In this document: positions 8,028 through 15,580 of the stretch, piece after piece
Layout of the letters: every line of letters starts with the position of its first letter
Numbering within the stretch: position 1 is the stretch's first letter
Source: Candidatus Saccharimonadota bacterium
GTDB lineage: Archaea > Micrarchaeota > Micrarchaeia > Micrarchaeales > Micrarchaeaceae
Reading direction: 5' to 3'
DNA: 32,000 nucleotides
Assembly: GCF_002214165.1 (NCBI RefSeq)
Contig: NZ_CP019964.1
Span: 360,001-392,000, forward strand
Program-made: the position numbers and the translations under genes
Notes under the pieces: generated by a model
The model's input: the letters and a program-made list of their open reading frames with translations, nothing else
What the model was told of the DNA's origin: nothing
The model's database searches: none

Positions 8028-8618
8028 ATGGCATTTAAAAATATTGCTAAAAACGATAACAAAGTGGTCATAATCGGCGAAAGACACAATAGCGAGATTG
8101 ATAAAAAGGCAGAAGTTGAACTAATAGAAACTTATAAGCCTGGATTAATACTTATGGAAGGGTATAACAGTAATGACAGAAATAAGGAAAAAAACCCATA
8201 CTTCGATAATGATAAGCTGATTTTTGATGTTGCCGAAAAATATAATATTAAAATAGAAAACCCTGATTTAAAAGTCGATGAGTTGCCTGGTTCAAGTTCT
8301 ATAGCAAAGAGGCATGAAGAGCTAGTAAGCAAATATAATTCTTTCCTTAGTGCTGAGGAGAACTCAGAATTGAGAAATTCAAAAGATGAAATCATCGCAG
8401 AAATGAGGGAATTAGGTGAAAAGCTTAAAAAGGTGCAAATGGAGGAAAAGCCAATAAGGGAGGAGCACATGAAAAATGTGATAGTTTCAAACCTTAACCT
8501 AAATGAAACAGAAAAGTCAATACTTGTAATAGTAGGAGACACGCATGTAAAGAACTTAAAGACTCTGCTTAGAAAAGAGGGTGTAGAATCTGAAACCTAC
8601 AGATCAACCCTGAACTAA
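8028..8618 (+). CDS. Hypothetical protein with GxxH...E...GxxH pattern (possible minimal ChaN/TraB/TIKI-superfamily fold)
   Basis: 196 aa. N-terminal VVIIGERHNS, then LILMEGY, and C-terminal ILVIVGDTHVKNL. This order is typical of the erythromycin-esterase/ChaN/TIKI superfamily. The middle of the protein is charged and helical. Confidence 0.4.
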   Translation: MAFKNIAKNDNKVVIIGERHNSEIDKKAEVELIETYKPGLILMEGYNSNDRNKEKNPYFDNDKLIFDVAEKYNIKIENPDLKVDELPGSSSIAKRHEELVSKYNSFLSAEENSELRNSKDEIIAEMRELGEKLKKVQMEEKPIREEHMKNVIVSNLNLNETEKSILVIVGDTHVKNLKTLLRKEGVESETYRSTLN

Positions 8619-8662
8619 GGGCAACATAGATTTTTACTGCCTAAAATTATTTTAAGTCCAAC

Positions 8663-9412
8663 TTAGTTATCTTTAAGTTCTGATTTTTGGTTATCTTCTC
8701 CTTCAAGCTCCTTAGATCTGGAATAAATCTCATATAAATCCTTCTGCCATCCGCCATCATAAATAGAGGCAAACAGTTTATTATCAACCGCTTTCCTCTC
8801 TCCATATTTGCTTATCTTAGCTACAAGTTTGCCGTTATGGCTGATATCTATATACACATCGTTCCTCCTATTTGATATTAAATTTATACTTATCCTCTTT
8901 TTGTAAAGTGCCTCTTTTATCTCATCAAATTTTGACGACGCATCATAAACGTTGATAGATTTGTCAAGCAGGTCATTAAGGCTTCCATTATAAAGCTTCT
9001 TCTCTGCTTCCTCTGTTCTGTACTTTACTATTTTTTTGTAATCAATTGCAAGGGAACTATGAGGATCTTTATTTATTTCACTTGCCGTATGCTTTCCAAT
9101 CAAACCTGCCTCTTTATAGATATCATCAAGCTTTTCTCTCCAGCCATTGTCCTTATAGACGGTTAATTCTGCACGTCCTTTATCTTCAATAGAATATTCA
9201 ACTAATGCTACTTTCTCATTTTTGTAGGATATGAAAAGTATATCAATCATGCCGCCTTCTACCTGCAGTATATTCATATCAGCGTTATCAAGCATATGCT
9301 GTATTTCTTTGAAACTCTCCTTCTTTGCATAAATATGCATAGCTTTATTACAAATATCCAAATCTTCGTTCTTATTAAATACTATTTTATCGACTTTGTT
9401 CTTAAATACCAT
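8663..9412 (-). CDS. Hypothetical protein, double-domain family copy 1
   Basis: 249 aa and a paralog of 9706..10437. The two halves align to each other (..FKEIQHML..D.L.ISYKNEKVA..VYKDNGWREKLDDIY versus ..FDEIKEAL..DVYIDISHNGKLVA..IYDGGWQKDLYEIY). Confidence 0.7.
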   Translation of the reverse strand: MVFKNKVDKIVFNKNEDLDICNKAMHIYAKKESFKEIQHMLDNADMNILQVEGGMIDILFISYKNEKVALVEYSIEDKGRAELTVYKDNGWREKLDDIYKEAGLIGKHTASEINKDPHSSLAIDYKKIVKYRTEEAEKKLYNGSLNDLLDKSINVYDASSKFDEIKEALYKKRISINLISNRRNDVYIDISHNGKLVAKISKYGERKAVDNKLFASIYDGGWQKDLYEIYSRSKELEGEDNQKSELKDN

Positions 9413-9442
9413 TTTATCAACTATGTTAAAAATATATTCGAT

Positions 9443-9456
9443 AATATTTAAATATT
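9443..9456 (-). promoter_or_regulatory. Palindromic TATA-box candidate aatatttaaatatt for 8663..9412
   Basis: The motif starts 31 nt upstream of the ATG at 9412. Confidence 0.4.
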
Positions 9457-9539
9457 GCCTTAATTACTCGATTTGGTAATTAACTCTAAAAATTATTTAA
9501 TACTTATTGTTTATGGTTATAACAAAGGCAGAGATGATC

Positions 9540-9640
9540 CAAAGATTTCAAAAGGCTCAATCTTCTTGTAGATATGGCATTAAGCAGGCCTTATTCAAGT
9601 GACGAAAAATTTTCATTCAAGGTAATTAAATTTTTAAGAA
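9540..9640 (+). repeat. Intergenic copy of an internal fragment of the 11110..12231 gene
   Basis: 9540-9616 matches 11259-11335 at 76 of 77 nt by hand alignment. Similarity decays over the next 25 nt or so. The fragment is preceded by an in-frame TGA and has no proper start. Confidence 0.85.
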
Positions 9641-9705
9641 CAGACTGGCATTTTTATTACTTTACTTAAAAGGGATTTCTTCACAAAATCCCTTTTCAAT
9701 TGCAC

Positions 9706-10437
9706 TTACTTCCCTCTAAGTTCTGATTTTTGATTATCTTCTCCTTCAAGCTCCTTAGATCTAGAATAAATCTCGTATAAATCCTTCTGCCATCCATCAT
9801 TAATATAGATAGCTGCAGCAAGTTTCTTTCCAAGTAACCCCTCATTCCCATATCTACTTATTTTGGCTGCAAATTTGCCGTTATGGTAAACATCTATATA
9901 CGTATCGTTCTTTGCATTTGACTTGAACTGTATATCTATCCCTTTTTTGTCAAGTGCATCCTTCACTTCACCAAATTTGGATGATGCACCATAGACATAT
10001 ATAGATTCGTCAAGCAGGTCATTCAAGCTGCCCCTATAAAGCTTCCTCTTTGCTTCCTCCGTCCTGTCCTTTGCAACTCTTTTGTAATCAAGGACAAGAG
10101 AGCTATTCGGGTCTTTATTCCTTTCCTTTACCCTATTTTTAGCGATTAAACGCGTCATCTTATAAATATCATTCAGTTTTTCTTTCCAGTCATTATCTTT
10201 ATAAACAGTCAATTTGTAGTACTCTTTATCTCCAAGGGAATATCCAACTTCCGCTACTTTCTCATCTTTGTAGTATATGTCAAGGCTTTCATTCATGCTG
10301 CCTGAAATATACATATCGCCCTTTATACCAATATCATAATCATGGAGCATATTTCGTATTTCTCTTAAACTCTTCTCTGCATCTGCTATGTATAGAACTT
10401 TATTGCAGATTTCCAAATCCTTGTTTTTGAATACCAT
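9706..10437 (-). CDS. Hypothetical protein, double-domain family copy 2
   Basis: The ORF extends to 10467, but MVFKNK at 10437 matches the N-terminus of copy 1. In addition the TATA-like atataaatatt lies immediately upstream of 10467, which favours 10437 as the start. Confidence 0.7.
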   Translation of the reverse strand: MVFKNKDLEICNKVLYIADAEKSLREIRNMLHDYDIGIKGDMYISGSMNESLDIYYKDEKVAEVGYSLGDKEYYKLTVYKDNDWKEKLNDIYKMTRLIAKNRVKERNKDPNSSLVLDYKRVAKDRTEEAKRKLYRGSLNDLLDESIYVYGASSKFGEVKDALDKKGIDIQFKSNAKNDTYIDVYHNGKFAAKISRYGNEGLLGKKLAAAIYINDGWQKDLYEIYSRSKELEGEDNQKSELRGK

Positions 10438-10538
10438 CTTGCCACCTGTATAGTTAAAGTATTTCATAATATTTATATATTGCTTTGATCAAGTAATTGG
10501 GATAAAAAATAAAAATTTGTGTAAATCAACTTTAAAGA

Positions 10539-11060
10539 TCATTCATAATACTCCTTGCTTATGATTCTGGCAAAGGCGGCTATGGTGGCCAATCTAAACG
10601 ATTCGTCCCTATTAAGTGTGCCTTTGGTCAATATGCCAACCGTGCCTGAATCCTGCTTGATATCTTTCAAACCTGTAATCGAATCCATTACTGGACCCAA
10701 TTCCTCTCCTTTTCTAAGCCTTTCTGCTACCTTTTCTGGAAGCATTACTCTTTCATGTGAAGCCAAGCCAATTCTTCCATAATTGTCAACTACCGCAACC
10801 CATCCGGAAAGCATCATACCATAATCTGTTTCCTGCACAGACCCTTCCAAACCTATGCCTATTTCAGATTTGAGCAATGCTTTGGCATTCTTCGCCCTGT
10901 TTATTGCACCCTCTATCCCTTCATTATCCGTCATTGGTTGTTTACGCACTCCCGAATCAACCTCTACTCCTTTAATCTCATATCCAATACCAAGGTCATT
11001 CAAGGCCTGTCTAACAGCAGTAATCTTAGCTTTATTCGTTGAGCCAACAGCAACAATCAT
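10539..11060 (-). CDS. yjjX: Inosine/xanthosine triphosphatase (YjjX/DUF84-family non-canonical NTPase)
   Basis: 173 aa and collinear with E. coli YjjX as I recall it: N-terminal VGSTNKAKI versus ATTNPAKI, and GEELGPVMDSITGLKDIKQDSGTVGILTKGTLNR versus [34 protein letters not shown]. Confidence 0.85.
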   Translation of the reverse strand: MIVAVGSTNKAKITAVRQALNDLGIGYEIKGVEVDSGVRKQPMTDNEGIEGAINRAKNAKALLKSEIGIGLEGSVQETDYGMMLSGWVAVVDNYGRIGLASHERVMLPEKVAERLRKGEELGPVMDSITGLKDIKQDSGTVGILTKGTLNRDESFRLATIAAFARIISKEYYE

Positions 11061-11109
11061 TTAAATCCCTACAACATTTTTCCACAAAGTTTTAAAGAGT
11101 TTTTTAAAA

Positions 11110-12231
11110 TTGGATAAAAAAGCAAGATTTAAATATAAAAAAATACAATCCTGTGTGGTGTGTTGCTTGGAAGCTTCAAAATCTAAAGAATCCCAAGAAG
11201 AAATTATAAACAATATGGCTTACTACATAGAGAAAGGGTTAAAAGTTGACCATTTGAGCAAAGATTTCAAAAGGCTCAACCTTCTTGTAGATATGGCATT
11301 AAGCAGGCCTTATTCAAGTGACGAAAAATTTTCATCAAAACTAATTGAATTTTTAAAACGATCAGATCTTCAAAAAAATGACATTAAATTTTTGACAAAT
11401 GAGGCAAATTCCAATACAAAATTATTCATAAAAGCATTTGATAAAATTGCAGATTCAAATGTAGAATATATCACAACTTGTGTAATAATGTGGAATTTAC
11501 ATTTGAAGCATAAACCGAACAAGAATATAGACTTTGAAAAAATATATGAGATATCAAGCACTCCAGAAAATCTGATAAAAACTCTAGACCCAAAAGAGGA
11601 ATTTGGGGTTCTAATACCAATAATGTCCCTGTATGATAGAAAGTTAATTGATGCTATTTCATCAAAGCACAGTTCACTGAATTCAACAAATTCCATTGAT
11701 GAAGCAATAGAGTTTGGCATCCTAACGACAAAGTACAATTACTTGAACAGAGTAAGGATTGGACCCGAGGAGCCTGATTTAAAGTCAACCATATCAAGAA
11801 AAAAAGAGCTTTATACTTTTATAAAGGAGGTCTTGCCAATAATCTCGCGCAACATAAACGAGGAGAAGATGTTTTTGGTCCATAAAAATGACAATGCTGC
11901 CAAAAGCCTTTCAGATATAGAGAACGATTTGAATAGAAGGATTGAAGTTGGCTCTATATATCATCCGGATGTTGCAAGGAAGTATTCAGTTAATGCAGTT
12001 ATAAACAGCAAGAATATGTTTGAGTGCATGGACAACCTTGACTATATTCTGATAGCGGATATTTATCAGCTAAAGGAGCTATCTGATGTGATGAAAGATT
12101 TGGATCCCGGAAAAGAAATGGAACTGCTTAAAGAAAAAATCTATAAGGTCATATATACCATAAATGAAGATATGGATAGGGCAATAGAGAATCTTGGTGC
12201 TATAAGCAGCCATTCATTGCTGCATAATTAA
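11110..12231 (+). CDS. Hypothetical protein (source of the 9540-9640 fragment copy)
   Basis: 373-aa ORF starting at a TTG. Alternative starts include the ATG at 11215. AT-rich with no recognisable motif. Confidence 0.6.
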   Translation: MDKKARFKYKKIQSCVVCCLEASKSKESQEEIINNMAYYIEKGLKVDHLSKDFKRLNLLVDMALSRPYSSDEKFSSKLIEFLKRSDLQKNDIKFLTNEANSNTKLFIKAFDKIADSNVEYITTCVIMWNLHLKHKPNKNIDFEKIYEISSTPENLIKTLDPKEEFGVLIPIMSLYDRKLIDAISSKHSSLNSTNSIDEAIEFGILTTKYNYLNRVRIGPEEPDLKSTISRKKELYTFIKEVLPIISRNINEEKMFLVHKNDNAAKSLSDIENDLNRRIEVGSIYHPDVARKYSVNAVINSKNMFECMDNLDYILIADIYQLKELSDVMKDLDPGKEMELLKEKIYKVIYTINEDMDRAIENLGAISSHSLLHN

Positions 12232-12330
12232 TTGTAGTTAGGATTTATTGCATAATTAGGCATAATTGTCTGACTGAACCAAAATCAATACTACCAATTT
12301 AGCCGGTATTAAGAGAGGTTCAAGGAAAAT

Positions 12331-12340
12331 TTTAAATATT
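12331..12340 (+). promoter_or_regulatory. TATA-box candidate (tttaaatatt) for 12377..13066
   Basis: The motif ends 37 nt upstream of the ATG, and an SD-like aagaggt sits at 12364-12370. Confidence 0.4.
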
Positions 12341-12376
12341 ACCAAATTTAAACTGCTAATACTAAGAGGTAATAAA

Positions 12377-13066
12377 ATGGACACCGTAAAAAACAAAGAG
12401 AACAACCAAATATTAAACAAGTCTGATCTTATAGAGGAACTTGACGCCCCATTTTATAGCTCCAAAGACGAATCAGGTAAAAGGACAACTAATATAAGCA
12501 AGCATCCAAGAAAAAGCCAGCAACTCATTGAAATGGAAAAACTGGTTGATAACAATATTGCATACCTGAAGGAGCAGGCCCCAAGGCAGTTCAAGGAATT
12601 CAATGCTTTAGAAAGCTCTATACTTAATTATTTCAATAAGCTAATTGAAGAGCTGGAGATAGGGAAGGATAAAGAGAATACACATAGGTTGTTTTGGCAA
12701 GTGAAAAGTGTACTGCAAAACGGTTTTGACAGCATAATGGCTGCAGAAAAGAACGCTCTGCTTTCAGATAAATACATATTGGAAAACAAGTTGTATAAAA
12801 ATCAAAGGAATAAAATTTATAAGGAAAACACCTCAAAATTCTACGGATTGATATACAAGGATCTTCCTGAATACATAGGCCAATTCAAGCAAAGAATCAA
12901 CGAATTTATAGAATCCAAACCAACATATGAAGAAATTGAAAACTTTTTTATAAAGAATAACCCAACATCTGAATTGTCCAGAGTGCAGAGGGATTCAGAG
13001 TACCATATGGAGTGGCTTGAGAGTTTCAACAAGGAAAGGTTGATAAGAAGGATATTCAGGATATAA
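12377..13066 (+). CDS. Hypothetical protein, family-3 paralog A
   Basis: 229 aa. It shares with 15623..16300 the blocks Y(L/F)KEQ(A/V)P(R/K)Q..EFN, AEKNALLSD, PTYE(E/D)..NFF(I/M)K and W(L)..FN. Confidence 0.7.
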   Translation: MDTVKNKENNQILNKSDLIEELDAPFYSSKDESGKRTTNISKHPRKSQQLIEMEKLVDNNIAYLKEQAPRQFKEFNALESSILNYFNKLIEELEIGKDKENTHRLFWQVKSVLQNGFDSIMAAEKNALLSDKYILENKLYKNQRNKIYKENTSKFYGLIYKDLPEYIGQFKQRINEFIESKPTYEEIENFFIKNNPTSELSRVQRDSEYHMEWLESFNKERLIRRIFRI

Positions 13067-13103
13067 ACAGATATAAATAGTGCAATCATAAAGAAATAGA
13101 ATT

Positions 13104-14153
13104 ATGTCCGCTTCAATACTAAAAATAGATGAGAAGGATCTCCACAAATCTTTAGACACAGCTGCGAATATAATAAAAAATGGGGGCACTGTTGTTTTCC
13201 CAACAGAGACTGTTTATGGCCTTGGTGCAAATGCATATGATCCTGAAGCCTGCTTGAAAATATTCAAAGCGAAGAACAGGCCTGCCGACAACCCTCTTAT
13301 AGTTACAGTATCAAACTTTGATATGGTAAATGAGGTTGCTTACATAGATGCAGATCTACTAAAAATAATGAAGAAGGTTTGGCCAGGGCCACTGACCCTT
13401 CTCCTTAAGAAAAAGGATTCAATACCATCAATAGTGGCATCGGGTATGGATACAGTATGTGTAAGATTCCCGGACAACCAAATCGCTTTATCTTTAATAG
13501 AAAAATCGGGTGTCCCTATAGCCGCACCAAGTGCAAATCTGTCAACAAAGCCATCAATAGTCGATTCGAATGATGCGATAGAGGATCTAAAAGATAGGGT
13601 AGATGCCATAATAGATGCTGGCCGCGTAAGATATGGAGTTGAATCAACAATACTCGATGCAACAAAAAAGCCTTATGAATTGTTAAGGCCAGGCGCATTT
13701 TCGGTTGAAGATTTAAACAAGCTGTTTGGCAAGATAAGTATAAATGAAGCTGCAAAGGGATACAAAGAGTCTAAAGTTGCGTTAACTCCTGGAATGAAAT
13801 ATAGGCATTATGCGCCTAGCAAGAGACTCTTCCTAATAGAAAATGAAGAGCAATTTAAGAAATTTATCTCATCAGAAAGATCAAAGCCTTTTACAGCATT
13901 ATGCAGTGAAGAGAATGCCAAATATGCAAAATATGAAAAAATAATCCTGGGCTCTGACATATACGAAGTTGCACATAACCTGTTTTATGCGTTCAGGGAA
14001 CTTGATAAAGGCAATAATAAATTTGGCGTGATACAATCTTTTCCAGAAAATAGCATAGGTTTTGGTGTGATGAACAGGGTAAGGAAGGCAAGTTATCTCA
14101 TAATAAAAGAAAACGGAGATTTAAACGGTATAATTGATGCAAATATACAATAA
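13104..14153 (+). CDS. sua5: L-threonylcarbamoyladenylate synthase (Sua5/YwlC type, with the Sua5 C-terminal domain)
   Basis: 349 aa. VVFPTETVYGLGANA, KAKNRPADNPLIV, PIAAPSAN and STILD are the YrdC-domain signatures. The length implies the extra Sua5 domain. Confidence 0.9.
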   Translation: MSASILKIDEKDLHKSLDTAANIIKNGGTVVFPTETVYGLGANAYDPEACLKIFKAKNRPADNPLIVTVSNFDMVNEVAYIDADLLKIMKKVWPGPLTLLLKKKDSIPSIVASGMDTVCVRFPDNQIALSLIEKSGVPIAAPSANLSTKPSIVDSNDAIEDLKDRVDAIIDAGRVRYGVESTILDATKKPYELLRPGAFSVEDLNKLFGKISINEAAKGYKESKVALTPGMKYRHYAPSKRLFLIENEEQFKKFISSERSKPFTALCSEENAKYAKYEKIILGSDIYEVAHNLFYAFRELDKGNNKFGVIQSFPENSIGFGVMNRVRKASYLIIKENGDLNGIIDANIQ

Positions 14154-14172
14154 TCAGAAATCGTGACATCCT

Positions 14173-14193
14173 CCCACCCGTAAACGGTGTGGG
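14173..14193 (-). repeat. IS-1 right-end hairpin (cccac-a-ccg-ttta-cgg-gtggg read on the minus strand)
   Basis: It matches the IS-2 right-end hairpin at 18 of 21 nt, including paired c/t and g/a changes in the stem. The following 10 nt, aggatgtcac, are identical. Confidence 0.8.
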
Positions 14194-14205
14194 CTTCCTC
14201 TGCAT

Positions 14206-15432
14206 TCATGCAATCACTGCATCCTGCAAAGGATGTGTTTTATCGGTTCTCAGTTCCTCGAGAACTGCCTCCCTTTGAGGCCTTACACTCTCTCCCTGAG
14301 CGTGACTTCCCCTCTGTCCGAGGGTAGCTCTTTTGAGTATGTTTATTGACGCGTTTATATCCCTGTCTATTGTCAGTCCACAGACGTTGCAGCGGTATAA
14401 CCTGTCTCCTAAAGTCAACCTTTCACTGCCTTCCTTTATATGGTGGCAGTTACTGCATTCCTGCGTCGTGTCCCTTGAATCTACTTTTATTACTTTCATA
14501 CCAGCACTTTCAGCCTTGTATGAGAGCATTTGGATGAACTTGTTCCATGAAGCATTATAGATTGCCTGCGCAAGATTATGGTTTTTTGCCATTTTTTGAA
14601 TGTGCAAATCCTCTACTGCGAATGAAGTATATCCTGAATTTACCAATTTGTTAGAAAGTTTGTGAGAGAAGTCATCGGATTGCTCTGTAACGTGTTCCCA
14701 TTCCTTTTGTAGATGATTCTTTGCATTTTCCCTTCTTTTGCTGCCTTTTTCCCTCTTTGCAATTCTTCTTTGCCATCTTGCAAGATGCTTTGCCCTCTTC
14801 CTCACAAACCTTGGCTTCTCCATCTTCATTCCAGATGACATCGCAATAAATGAATGCAAACCCATATCTATTCCGACAGGGTTTGTGTCATCCAATTGCG
14901 GAATCTTTATTTCGTTTGCTGTGGTGAAGATGGCGTAATAATCCTTTCCTTCCCTTTTTATTGAAAGAGTCTTGATTGTGCCTTCAATCTTCCTGTGCAG
15001 TTCTATTCTCATTGTGCCTATCCTCGAGACTCTCAGCCTGCCCCTCTTTATCGAGAAGGACCCATTGTCCTGCGGATATGTTATTGACTTGAATCTCGGG
15101 AATCCTGCCTCCTTGTTTCCTTCCTTGATTCTCCTGAAGAAGTTCTGGTATGCCTTGAGAAGCCTGTATTCAATCTCGCATCTCGTCTGTGAGTATAGTT
15201 TCAGGTATCTCTTGTCATCTTGGATTACCTCTTTTACGAACCTGTTGAACTGTGCCATTGAGGCTTTTGCCTCTCCATTCTTATAGGATTCAATGGACTT
15301 CTCAAGAATCCTGTTGTAGAACTGTTGCGCAAGTATTAGCCTTTCATCTATCTCATTCTGCCTTTTAGTATCTGGATAGATCCTGAATTTATAGGCTCTT
15401 GTGGAATCCATGTTGTTTGTATAACCATTCAT
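14206..15432 (-). CDS. tnpB: TnpB (IS605 OrfB) RNA-guided endonuclease-type protein
   Basis: AYKFRIYP N-terminus, RuvC triad contexts GIDMG / AVEDL / IDRDINASINI, and zinc finger CSNCHH...CNVCG. The likely start is MDSTRAYKF at 15411. Confidence 0.9.
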   Translation of the reverse strand: MNGYTNNMDSTRAYKFRIYPDTKRQNEIDERLILAQQFYNRILEKSIESYKNGEAKASMAQFNRFVKEVIQDDKRYLKLYSQTRCEIEYRLLKAYQNFFRRIKEGNKEAGFPRFKSITYPQDNGSFSIKRGRLRVSRIGTMRIELHRKIEGTIKTLSIKREGKDYYAIFTTANEIKIPQLDDTNPVGIDMGLHSFIAMSSGMKMEKPRFVRKRAKHLARWQRRIAKREKGSKRRENAKNHLQKEWEHVTEQSDDFSHKLSNKLVNSGYTSFAVEDLHIQKMAKNHNLAQAIYNASWNKFIQMLSYKAESAGMKVIKVDSRDTTQECSNCHHIKEGSERLTLGDRLYRCNVCGLTIDRDINASINILKRATLGQRGSHAQGESVRPQREAVLEELRTDKTHPLQDAVIA

Positions 15433-15471
15433 ATTTATACACCTTTACTTTATTCAGCAGTTCGCTTTCAT

Positions 15472-15492
15472 CCCACACGCTTCAGCGGTGGG
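15472..15492. repeat. IS-1 left-end hairpin cccacacgcttcagcggtggg
   Basis: On the + strand it is the identical 21-mer found at 24029-24049, although the two tnpB genes are on opposite strands. Confidence 0.85.
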
Positions 15493-15580
15493 ATTTCCCG
15501 CTCACTTTGTTAAATCAACCACTTTTACCTGACAGGTTTATAAATAGTTTATCGACTTAATGTAGGATAAAAATTATAAG

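Larger units (their letters stand above)
14163..15501 (-). mobile_element. tnpB-only IS200/IS605-family (IS1341-type) element, IS-1
   Basis: tnpB is flanked by a right-end hairpin (14173-14193) followed by aggatgtcac, and by a left-end hairpin (15472-15492). Shared sequence with IS-2 stops at gtcac (14163). There is no tnpA. The boundaries are approximate. Confidence 0.8.

Noticed and set aside
14333-15286. Plus-strand ORFs inside IS-1 (14333..14560, 14346..14537, 14738..14938, 14972..15286), with similar antisense ORFs in IS-2 (24253..24453, 24631..24903)
   Set aside because: They are antisense or out of frame to the clearly recognisable tnpB genes, so they are shadow ORFs.
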